Shown here: positions 47,704 to 55,757 of the stretch, piece after piece | Position numbering within the stretch: position 1 is the first letter of the stretch | How the letters are laid out: each line of letters starts with the position of its first letter | From: a virus | Lineage: Duplodnaviria > Caudoviricetes | DNA length: 64,000 nt | Direction: 5' to 3' (one strand) | IMG/VR virus record: IMGVR_UViG_3300005512_002353 | Notes under the pieces: generated by a model | Seen by the model: the letters and a program-made list of their open reading frames with translations, nothing else | Database searches by the model: none | Told to the model about the DNA's origin: nothing | Program-made: the position numbers and the translations under genes

Positions 47704-48787
47704 GGTTATCTAATAAACCTTTCGCTGAGAAGAATTCCTCAGATAGTTTTTTAGTCTGTTTCCTTACGGCTGGAATGTATGTGTCATAATGTTTCATATA
47801 GTTGTTGATGCGTTTGATCAACTCGTCCTTGTTCTGCTCATATGCCTCAAATGATTCCGTCCATTCACTTGGATACTTGAACTCTGGTAGAGCCATTTCT
47901 GAATAACTTAGTCTATCCGGAACCATTGGTATGGCATCAACCATTGCTCCCTCATACCAACTAATACCTAGTGTTTCTTGTAGGTTTGCTGAAAACACAA
48001 TCTTAGCCTCACCTAGTAAGTTATGGTATTCGTTCTTGGTCAACTGCTTGTCCTGGCATACTACGAACTCGTAGTTGTTTAGATGTTTCTTGAGATCAAG
48101 GAATATGTCCAACTGCTTCTCAGGTGCTATCCTGTGTGGGAACAGGATCATATCCTTCTTGTCCATGTTCTTGTATAGGTTCAGTGTTGAGTCCATATAT
48201 TCAAAGGGCCAACCCGTTCTGACTATCTTCTTCTGGTGTTTCCAGAACGCTATCATCTGTGCGTGTGACTTGTTTTCTAAGTCCAATGCTAATAGGTTCT
48301 CACAGAACATGTCAATATGGAAGTCAGTGGCAAAGTAGTTGTGATCAACTGCCTCAAAGAATGCCACCTCTGAGTGTCTCACCCATGGCGCATTACCTAT
48401 CAATCTGCCTAAGAAGTCCGCTGGATCATATGAACCTGCGTGCCACAGTGCGTGGATAACTACTTTGATGCCAAGTAGCTCACTCATATATTTTAAGTTG
48501 ATTATACCAGGATGCCACGCATCAGTGAAAATAAAATGATCACCACTGTTAACGCTACCATTGGTGAACAGCCTACTAAACTCCTCAACCTGTCTGGACT
48601 TGTATATATTAGTTCCACCAAAATTAAGAAAAGCCCCAGGAGTAGTAGCGGTAGGAATATCAGTAGGTCCTTCAATAACTTTAACATTGTGTCCCTGCTC
48701 CTTTAATAGTTTGGGTATGTGCGTCTTCCACTGTCCAGTGTAACGGGTTTCAACTGCTTCTAGATCAACTAAAAATACGTTAGACAT
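47696..48787 (-). CDS. GT-B glycosyltransferase
   Basis: FPHRIAPEKQ, SANLQETLGISWYEG..PMVPDRLSYSE (GT4-like EX7E). Confidence 0.8.
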   Translation of the reverse strand: MSNVFLVDLEAVETRYTGQWKTHIPKLLKEQGHNVKVIEGPTDIPTATTPGAFLNFGGTNIYKSRQVEEFSRLFTNGSVNSGDHFIFTDAWHPGIINLKYMSELLGIKVVIHALWHAGSYDPADFLGRLIGNAPWVRHSEVAFFEAVDHNYFATDFHIDMFCENLLALDLENKSHAQMIAFWKHQKKIVRTGWPFEYMDSTLNLYKNMDKKDMILFPHRIAPEKQLDIFLDLKKHLNNYEFVVCQDKQLTKNEYHNLLGEAKIVFSANLQETLGISWYEGAMVDAIPMVPDRLSYSEMALPEFKYPSEWTESFEAYEQNKDELIKRINNYMKHYDTYIPAVRKQTKKLSEEFFSAKGLLDNLG

Positions 48788-49091
48788 TCCACTCGGTTCC
48801 TTTTCTTATGCAATCACTTGCTATCTGTATATATTCCTTGTCCTCATCCTCTAGTGCTGACCAGAACTTTGACACTGACTCAACGACATCAAGCACATAC
48901 TCTGGACGCTTAAGATGATTATTGCCTTCCATTAACTGCTGTAGATGATCCATGCGTGATTTGATCTTGTCTTTCACTGATGGTTCTTTCTCTTCCTTCT
49001 TACCAAAGATACGATCCCAACCATCTTCATATGCAGATGACGTTGCTTTTGATTTTATCTCATCGCCAGTGATGTCATTCTTTGCCGCCAC
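48780..49091 (-). CDS. hypothetical protein
   Basis: Start moved to GTG 49091 (MAAKNDITGD..YEDGWDRIF). Confidence 0.65.
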   Translation of the reverse strand: MAAKNDITGDEIKSKATSSAYEDGWDRIFGKKEEKEPSVKDKIKSRMDHLQQLMEGNNHLKRPEYVLDVVESVSKFWSALEDEDKEYIQIASDCIRKGTEWNV

Positions 49092-49249
49092 TAGACTAAT
49101 TCCTCGGCAATACCAATTGCTTCTGCTACAATTAAACAAATGCCACAATACCATAGGCTACCAAACAACAAGGCACCGCCTGCTAGTATTCTAACACCTG
49201 ACTTGACTAAACTTAATTGTAAATGTAATTTTGGATCTGGATGTTTCAT
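49091..49249 (-). CDS. small membrane protein (52 aa)
   Basis: Not in track; MKHPDPKLHLQLSLVKSGVRI...AEAIGIAEELV. Confidence 0.7.
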   Translation of the reverse strand: MKHPDPKLHLQLSLVKSGVRILAGGALLFGSLWYCGICLIVAEAIGIAEELV

Positions 49250-49623
49250 TTCTCTGTTCCTTTTAGTTTATTGAACACACGTTCCTTTTCCCACTTCTTC
49301 TCTTCTTCTTCATTGATAACGTTGAGTGAATTGTATATATCTTCTATCATACACTTCATCTCATAAATTTGTTTCTTATAGTGTAAGGCAGTGAAGCCAT
49401 CATTGTATGCTGAGTTGCACTGTATCTGTAGTTCTCTAATGTGATCTGCTAGTTGTTCGTTGGGTGAGCGAGTATCTTCATCCATCCATGACCATTCGTT
49501 GTTCTCGTCATCTATGGTCATGCCCATCCAATTGTATTGAGGTTTAGGTTCAAAGCCAATCTTGTCGACTAGCTCGTCAAATTCTAGGTCTAATTTGTTG
49601 TTAGTTGTAAGATCGTCTCCCAT
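49246..49623 (-). CDS. hypothetical protein
   Basis: ORF track. Confidence 0.6.
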   Translation of the reverse strand: MGDDLTTNNKLDLEFDELVDKIGFEPKPQYNWMGMTIDDENNEWSWMDEDTRSPNEQLADHIRELQIQCNSAYNDGFTALHYKKQIYEMKCMIEDIYNSLNVINEEEEKKWEKERVFNKLKGTEK

Positions 49624-49831
49624 ACATACGCGACAACTGGTCTAGCCAATTGTTCGTTGGCTCCTTTCCACGTTGTTGTTTCTGATACTGTTGCCAGACA
49701 TATGACTTGATGTTCCAACAGTCTGCTGGATCATACCTGAAACCCTGTTCTCTGCAGAACTCTTCAAAGATCTCAAGTTGGTCAAATATCTGTCTGTTTG
49801 ATAACCTTCTCGGGTTAACTCTTTCAGCCAT
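49601..49831 (-). CDS. hypothetical protein
   Basis: Start moved to ATG 49831 (AAGGA RBS). Confidence 0.65.
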   Translation of the reverse strand: MAERVNPRRLSNRQIFDQLEIFEEFCREQGFRYDPADCWNIKSYVWQQYQKQQRGKEPTNNWLDQLSRMYGRRSYN

Positions 49832-49850
49832 GTATGGTTCCTTGCTACGT

Positions 49851-50306
49851 TTATAAAGCAATCCATTGTGCTGGCTCCTGGGTATTGTATTCGATTGAGC
49901 AACCATTTTCACCATCTTCCGATACGTCTATGATTACCTTTCTTTCTGGATAGCGTGTTGCTATTTGTTCATACAGATCATCTGCGATCATCTCGCACGA
50001 TTTGTAGTCCAACTCCAGTGTTGACTTCTCGTATAGCCCCCCAAGCCACCGCTTGAATTGGATGAACTCAATATCCCTGTCATTGTGGAACACTTCTATT
50101 GCCACTCTAAAGTGGAACATGTGTCTGTGTGGGTGTGCCAAGAATGACACATCGTATTCATCATCAGTATTTAGCTTAGGATCCGTAGATGCGGCAGGGT
50201 AGCAGTGTATTCCCTCACGCTGAAAAGTCACCCAAATCAAGCGGTTAGCACGATCTTTTATAGTCTTCCTAGTGTCTGCTAATGCTTGATCTCTTTGTTC
50301 ACTCAT
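49851..50306 (-). CDS. T-fold QueD paralog, DpdL-like (putative CDG decarboxylase)
   Basis: EGIH, LAHPHRHMF (LxxxHRHxF), DRDIEF, SCEMIA, VSEDGENG. Confidence 0.7.
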   Translation of the reverse strand: MSEQRDQALADTRKTIKDRANRLIWVTFQREGIHCYPAASTDPKLNTDDEYDVSFLAHPHRHMFHFRVAIEVFHNDRDIEFIQFKRWLGGLYEKSTLELDYKSCEMIADDLYEQIATRYPERKVIIDVSEDGENGCSIEYNTQEPAQWIAL

Positions 50307-50818
50307 CGTATTATCTCATCCTTAGTGTATTGTGCCCAATCAGTAAATGTTTCTTGTGTTTTCAATGTATCTAAACTATGACACCAAACTCCGTCATTGG
50401 TAGCACGGAAGTCAATGTCATCAATCTTAATTGTAGCATTATTGTTATATTTTGTCAAGTTAGGTATCTTCACGCTGATCTGTGGAATGAAGTTATCAAA
50501 TTCACTCAGTGGTGCTAGCCAATTGCGTAGTGTATAGCAATACCAACTATCAAAGTCAAGTGTGACTTTTATGCCTAGTCCAAGCAGTCCTCTGATCATT
50601 TGATCCCAGTCATTGATGTCCTTGCCATCAAATGATTGGTTGGCCCCGAGGTATACGTGATCGCATTTGCGTTGTGTGACGATATCAGTAATTTCCTCGA
50701 GGGGCCGAACTCCTACAACAAACAGGGTCTGCATACCATAGGCAGGAGTCTTCTCTATCTCAACTCCTGTAAAATATGTCACTGCCTCTGCTGTTCCTGT
50801 TGCGTAATCTCTTTCCAC
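50303..50818 (-). CDS. conserved hypothetical protein of the deazaguanine locus
   Basis: GVEIEKTPAYGMQTLFVVG, KIDDIDFRATNDGVWCH; coupled to the DpdL-like gene. Confidence 0.7.
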   Translation of the reverse strand: MERDYATGTAEAVTYFTGVEIEKTPAYGMQTLFVVGVRPLEEITDIVTQRKCDHVYLGANQSFDGKDINDWDQMIRGLLGLGIKVTLDFDSWYCYTLRNWLAPLSEFDNFIPQISVKIPNLTKYNNNATIKIDDIDFRATNDGVWCHSLDTLKTQETFTDWAQYTKDEIIR

Positions 50819-50994
50819 TATGCTACCTTTTGTTTAAGTTTTTCTATTCGATCTTTGATCATTAATTTTTCTTGTTTCATTTTGTGTAAACTTGCGTCAT
50901 CTAAGTAGTCAGTATAACCCTCTTTGATTTTCTTGTCAAGTTCTCTGTGTCTCAATTCTAACTCTTCCAAATGTGATAATTCGCCATTGCCCAT
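50818..50994 (-). CDS. DUF465/YdcH-like coiled-coil protein (58 aa)
   Basis: Not in track; LELRHRELDKKI...MKQEKLMIKDRI. Confidence 0.75.
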   Translation of the reverse strand: MGNGELSHLEELELRHRELDKKIKEGYTDYLDDASLHKMKQEKLMIKDRIEKLKQKVA

Positions 50995-52254
50995 TTAAGC
51001 CTCCTCCGCTTTAAGATGTTTGTTAATAAGATTAACCAGTTTTGGATATACTGATCGCCAATCAGTATTTCTTCTTTCGTCCATCTTATCTAAAAATATA
51101 CACAAATTTTTAATTTCTGTCAAGTTGGGTTCTTTGCTTTTGGCTTGATTCCTTATACCCGTTAAGTATGCTTTTGCTGAACGATGCTCTGGTTCTCTGT
51201 CAGGCATGAGTGCTATTGCACGATCAAACTCCTCTGTGAACGCATCACCGAACATATCAATGAACATGTGTTTAACATTGTTAACGCTATTACCATACCA
51301 CCAAACGTCTCTAATTTCGTTCCATTTCTTTATCTTTTCAAACAATTGATCTAATGTCCATACAGTTAATGGAGTGATTGTAGATCCGATTACCAAAGTA
51401 ATCCATTCTTGTTTAAGTAGATATTCAAAATTCTTTTCCCAACGTTTTAGATTAAGTGGAAAACGAGCAAACTCTTGCTCTGCTCCCCAACAATCTAAAC
51501 TGGCTGTTATCTCTAATTTTTTAATATGTTTTCTGTCAATCAGAGACTTAATACGATCTATTTTATCTGTTAATTTGTTTTCTGCCACTGCTAAATTGCT
51601 AAAAAATGTTAGTGTTAGCTTAGGAGCAGGATGTTCTTCTAATACATTCAGCAGTTGATCAAACTCAACTTGATATAATGGTTCTCCACCTAACACATTT
51701 AACTGATATAACTGCTGACTATTTTTTTGAATCCACTCAAAGCACCTCTTTTTATTTTGTTCAAAGTTTGGGTCTGCTAAAAATATTTTTCCTCCAATTT
51801 GTCCGTCAAATCTGATATTTTCATCTTCCCAAAGACTACTAAAATAAGGACCGCAATAAGTGCATTTTAGATTACAAGTGTTATTAAAATATATTTCAAG
51901 TATTCTTGGAGTTACTTCAACAGCAGTTAAGTCTGTCTCTAGTTCTATAGGACCTTCAAAAGGCCACATGTCCAAGTTCGAAATTCGATCACTTTGGCCT
52001 CCAGCTTCTTCAATATCACGACAATATTCACATCCGTGTCCAGGCCATTGGCCTTTTAACATTTTTTCTCTTGCTTTAATCTTTCCCGGAGTATTATGGA
52101 AGTTAAAATCTTCTGAGATTTTCTCAAAGTCAACTCGATGGCAACTAGCTGTAGTTCCTTCTTTAAGGTATATAGTAGACCAAGACCATTTAAGTTGACA
52201 GGCTGTTGCTGTCTTTATTGGAAATACTTTAGTCTGTTTGTAGTTCGAGTTCAT
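50995..52254 (-). CDS. N-twitch radical SAM protein (#10)
   Basis: CQLKW..SCHR..CEYC; CNLKCTYC; LGGEP; AT-rich. Confidence 0.9.
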   Translation of the reverse strand: MNSNYKQTKVFPIKTATACQLKWSWSTIYLKEGTTASCHRVDFEKISEDFNFHNTPGKIKAREKMLKGQWPGHGCEYCRDIEEAGGQSDRISNLDMWPFEGPIELETDLTAVEVTPRILEIYFNNTCNLKCTYCGPYFSSLWEDENIRFDGQIGGKIFLADPNFEQNKKRCFEWIQKNSQQLYQLNVLGGEPLYQVEFDQLLNVLEEHPAPKLTLTFFSNLAVAENKLTDKIDRIKSLIDRKHIKKLEITASLDCWGAEQEFARFPLNLKRWEKNFEYLLKQEWITLVIGSTITPLTVWTLDQLFEKIKKWNEIRDVWWYGNSVNNVKHMFIDMFGDAFTEEFDRAIALMPDREPEHRSAKAYLTGIRNQAKSKEPNLTEIKNLCIFLDKMDERRNTDWRSVYPKLVNLINKHLKAEEA

Positions 52255-53782
52255 CTAATTTTGCGTCATCTAGTCCACTGTCGTCTTGATGATGATTGTC
52301 TGCTTCGTCTGTTTCTTCTTCAAACAAGTTATTAAACATAGTAGATGCGTTAACAGTTTTCTTACCTGTTGCACCTCGTGTGCCAATAATTGACATCCAA
52401 AATCTTGAATACTCCTCAACCACTGCCAGTGCCGTTGCCCTGTCAGGAGCACCAAAGATAGCGTCGACTATATCTTTAAATGTATAACGATCAAATGTTT
52501 CCTGTATCAACATAGCAGGATAACGTCCTTGATCATACTGTCTGTTGGCTTCCTGCACTGCGTTGATGTGTTGCCATACATTGTGTCCCATCATCAGTGT
52601 GTAACTAAAACTATCCCATGATGTCTTGCCTTCCTTGCCATTCTTATTTAGGTCGCCTGGATTATAGATACAGATATCTTTCATTAGTAAGTTGCGTGAT
52701 ATTGGGCTATCCTTGAATGATGTGTGATAGCCATCTGCTAGGACACCTTGGCTGAACTGTCTAGTGTCTGTAGCATACTTCTTGTCATCAGCAGTAGGTT
52801 GCATCCTGTATACCCATTTCTTACGATCTTCCGTTTCCACATCTGTGTAGATCTGACCATTTGCTGTTGCTAGGAACGGTGAAGCACAGTCAAATGATAT
52901 AGTGAAGTTGGGGTTATGATACTTACGAACTGCTCTCTGTATGTCTGTTAACAGTGTAGCCCACTCTAGTTTACTAGTGCCTAGGAAGTGCATCCAATCT
53001 TGTTTGCCCTGTTCAAGTAGGCCATCATGTATGATGTTAACCAGTCTGTGTAGGACCAAGTGTATGTCACACATGTTCTGTCCGCCCATTGACCATCCAT
53101 TAAAGTGATTAGTTGGATACTGCTTGGGATCGCAGTATTTCTTCATGCGTTGATACCAGTCCTCTGCTTCTGCGTGATTTTCTCCCTGTAGGACATTTAA
53201 GAACTTACAACGTCCTGTCCTGTTCTGTATGAAGTAGTCATTGTTGATGTAGGTTGCCTCAACAGCTTCCATGTATGAGTTAATACCAGTTGCTTCACGG
53301 CCTCTGGGTGAGCGACATACCCAAGCAGGTATATCCAATATCATGCCATAGTCCATGTAGGCATCCATCCATGCTAGAACTTCCTTACGCTTCTTGGACG
53401 CCTTGGGACAGTTAGGATTCTTCCAGTCACCTTCCCAAACACCCTTACCAATCTGGAAGCCACCTGAGTCACCCAGTAGCCATGATCCCTCCTCACGCTC
53501 ACGGACCATGAGTTCTTTGGGGCTGTCTCTGTTGACATCCAAATCAGCATGTCCTGCTGAATATAGTGACCACTTGTAAGTGAACACGCCCTCTTTTGAG
53601 TTCAACCAGTTGATGTGTTCCATCTCTGGTAAGTTCTTAGGCATGCGATTGGGATCAACATAGTTGCCCATTGCCCTCTGCTTTCCCACAAAGGTTGCGT
53701 AGAATGAACTCAGTGCTGGAAGGAATATAGCATAGTCATTCTGTTTTGCTGTTAAGTCGTCGTGTTCTACTCTTTTAGTCAT
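52229..53782 (-). CDS. TGT-fold guanine transglycosylase (DpdA-like)
   Basis: GDSGGFQ, MILDIP, NVLQG, SMGG, HFLG, SFDCASP, GHN. Confidence 0.8.
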   Translation of the reverse strand: MTKRVEHDDLTAKQNDYAIFLPALSSFYATFVGKQRAMGNYVDPNRMPKNLPEMEHINWLNSKEGVFTYKWSLYSAGHADLDVNRDSPKELMVREREEGSWLLGDSGGFQIGKGVWEGDWKNPNCPKASKKRKEVLAWMDAYMDYGMILDIPAWVCRSPRGREATGINSYMEAVEATYINNDYFIQNRTGRCKFLNVLQGENHAEAEDWYQRMKKYCDPKQYPTNHFNGWSMGGQNMCDIHLVLHRLVNIIHDGLLEQGKQDWMHFLGTSKLEWATLLTDIQRAVRKYHNPNFTISFDCASPFLATANGQIYTDVETEDRKKWVYRMQPTADDKKYATDTRQFSQGVLADGYHTSFKDSPISRNLLMKDICIYNPGDLNKNGKEGKTSWDSFSYTLMMGHNVWQHINAVQEANRQYDQGRYPAMLIQETFDRYTFKDIVDAIFGAPDRATALAVVEEYSRFWMSIIGTRGATGKKTVNASTMFNNLFEEETDEADNHHQDDSGLDDAKLDELELQTD

Positions 53783-54513
53783 TATTTGCTCTGTGCTGGT
53801 AAGATGTAATTGTAAACTGCTAGTCCTGAATCAACTGTGATCTGTGCCGCACCTTGATCTGAGATGTTGATAGTCTTGTCACCTGTAAGATCTAAGATAC
53901 TAATAAACTGTTTAACTGGCCAAGCCCACGCTCTACCCAGTTTGCCATTTACTTCTGGTTGGAATACAAAACTACCTGCGTGTGTTGAATGATCACCAAA
54001 CTCTAGTTTAAGATCACCATCTTCTGTTTTAGCATTGAATGTTAGTTCTTCTGCGTTGGCCAATGCCTGATACTTTAATCTCTGCACACCAGCGATTGTG
54101 GGTTCAAATGTAATGTTCCAATCAACACCCTTGAACTTAACAACCTTAAGTTTCTCTTCAATGATTTCACTTGTCATAAATCTATAATCATTCTTAAAGT
54201 CACCTGCTGAGTTCTTAAAGTGTAAGCCTACTGGAACTTCTGCACCATTTCTCTCTTGATGTTTGATTGAAATGTCAGCGTTCTCTCTGTATGGCTCTAG
54301 TCCTAATAACACCTTAAGTTTTGATAAGTTAGGCATACCAAATGTGCCCTTAAACTCTGCTACTGGTTGTTTAAATGCCGCTTGAACAACAACTGATCTG
54401 TCCTCTGCCAAGCCATCTATGATAGTTTCTGTGTCGGTTCCACTGATCTTTACCAAATCAATGCAACCGAGATCATAGGTGTGTTCAACTAAATCTAATA
54501 AGTGATCTCTCAT
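53782..54513 (-). CDS. probable DNA sliding clamp (gp45/PCNA-like)
   Basis: 243 aa, two beta-rich repeats, FGMPNLSKL, C-terminal YNYILPA; near polB. Confidence 0.6.
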   Translation of the reverse strand: MRDHLLDLVEHTYDLGCIDLVKISGTDTETIIDGLAEDRSVVVQAAFKQPVAEFKGTFGMPNLSKLKVLLGLEPYRENADISIKHQERNGAEVPVGLHFKNSAGDFKNDYRFMTSEIIEEKLKVVKFKGVDWNITFEPTIAGVQRLKYQALANAEELTFNAKTEDGDLKLEFGDHSTHAGSFVFQPEVNGKLGRAWAWPVKQFISILDLTGDKTINISDQGAAQITVDSGLAVYNYILPAQSK

Positions 54514-54550
54514 ATTCCGTTCCTTGTGTTAAATTAATATTTGATAATAC

Positions 54551-54579
54551 ATTATACATTCTATTTAGACCGCTATCAA
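54551..54579 (-). promoter_or_regulatory. sigma70-type promoter TTGATA-N17-TATAAT (also contains CTAAATA)
   Basis: ttgata gcggtctaaatagaatg tataat. Confidence 0.7.
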
Positions 54580-55757
54580 CTATCTTTGGAATTTTGTTTA
54601 CCAATATCATTGATTAGTTTTCTTTCTTCTTGAATAGCTTGTTTTCTACGTTTGATCAATAGTTCTAACTTGCCTATTGAAATAGATCCTCCACGAATCT
54701 TTTCTTCCTTGTCGATGCCCAATGCTATAGCTTCATTGATAATAGTGTCTTGTTCCTCTCGAGTATATGATTTTTTATCAGTTACGACAGCATCCTTGGC
54801 GTGTATCACTCGACCTAAACTTTGTCCGCCACGTATAGTTTCTAATTCTCCTGGTTTCTTAAGTTCCATCCATCCATGTATGGTCTCTGTCCTAAATCTC
54901 ATTGTATAGCCTAGTTTCTCAATCATAGGCACTAGTATACTGCCTGGAGTAAACTGTCGGAAATTATTCTCAAAGTTTCTTACATTATGTGCGTTGTCAC
55001 AGTCGTTGTATGTAAACAACAATGTGCCTCCAGGACGCAGTAAAGCAAATACTTGTGTCAGGACCTGCTCACACATGCTGAGTGGTAGATTGTTTAGTGT
55101 GTTCCATAACACTATCAGACCAAATTGATCGTTAGGAAGATCCCCAAAGTATTTTTTGCGTGGAATGAACCTATCAATGACATAGGGTCTTACCCTATGC
55201 TTATACACATCATTCATCTTTCCTCTTATGTCATCCAAGGTTGACTCATTCATGTCAACTAGATACAAAGGATCACTTGATGCCATCTCGTCAATTATCT
55301 TCTGTTCCTGAGGATGTATGATCATGCCAGGATAACGCCAGTTGCTGAGCTGGGTGATTCGATCAAAGAATTTATCTGTGTTCTCGTCATCCATAGATAA
55401 TGTTCTTTCTTTGGCAGATAGTCTAGCATCTGGTAGTTCATCACTGATATATGAATTCTCAGATCGTTTGATATACACTTGCTGTTGTTCTTGTATGATG
55501 TCATCCAGCTGTTTCTTGTAGTATTCAAAGTTCTCACCTAACTCTGATATAGACTCTTCCAATCTCAACAGATCTCTATCCATCTCGTCCTGATAGACAC
55601 CAGCACCAAATTTAATCTGTTGATTGGTTTCAGTATCGACCTTGTTGTCAACGTGTGCCTTGGCCTCTAGTATGGTCTTTATCAACAGACGAGAGTCTCT
55701 ATGGAAATCAAACTGGTCCAAGGCTGATCTATAGGCTACTAGTTCACTAAGTTTCAT
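54576..55757 (-). CDS. coiled-coil + methyltransferase-like domain protein
   Basis: QFGLIV..N..N, LLRPGGTLLFTYN; motif I degenerate. Confidence 0.55.
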   Translation of the reverse strand: MKLSELVAYRSALDQFDFHRDSRLLIKTILEAKAHVDNKVDTETNQQIKFGAGVYQDEMDRDLLRLEESISELGENFEYYKKQLDDIIQEQQQVYIKRSENSYISDELPDARLSAKERTLSMDDENTDKFFDRITQLSNWRYPGMIIHPQEQKIIDEMASSDPLYLVDMNESTLDDIRGKMNDVYKHRVRPYVIDRFIPRKKYFGDLPNDQFGLIVLWNTLNNLPLSMCEQVLTQVFALLRPGGTLLFTYNDCDNAHNVRNFENNFRQFTPGSILVPMIEKLGYTMRFRTETIHGWMELKKPGELETIRGGQSLGRVIHAKDAVVTDKKSYTREEQDTIINEAIALGIDKEEKIRGGSISIGKLELLIKRRKQAIQEERKLINDIGKQNSKDS

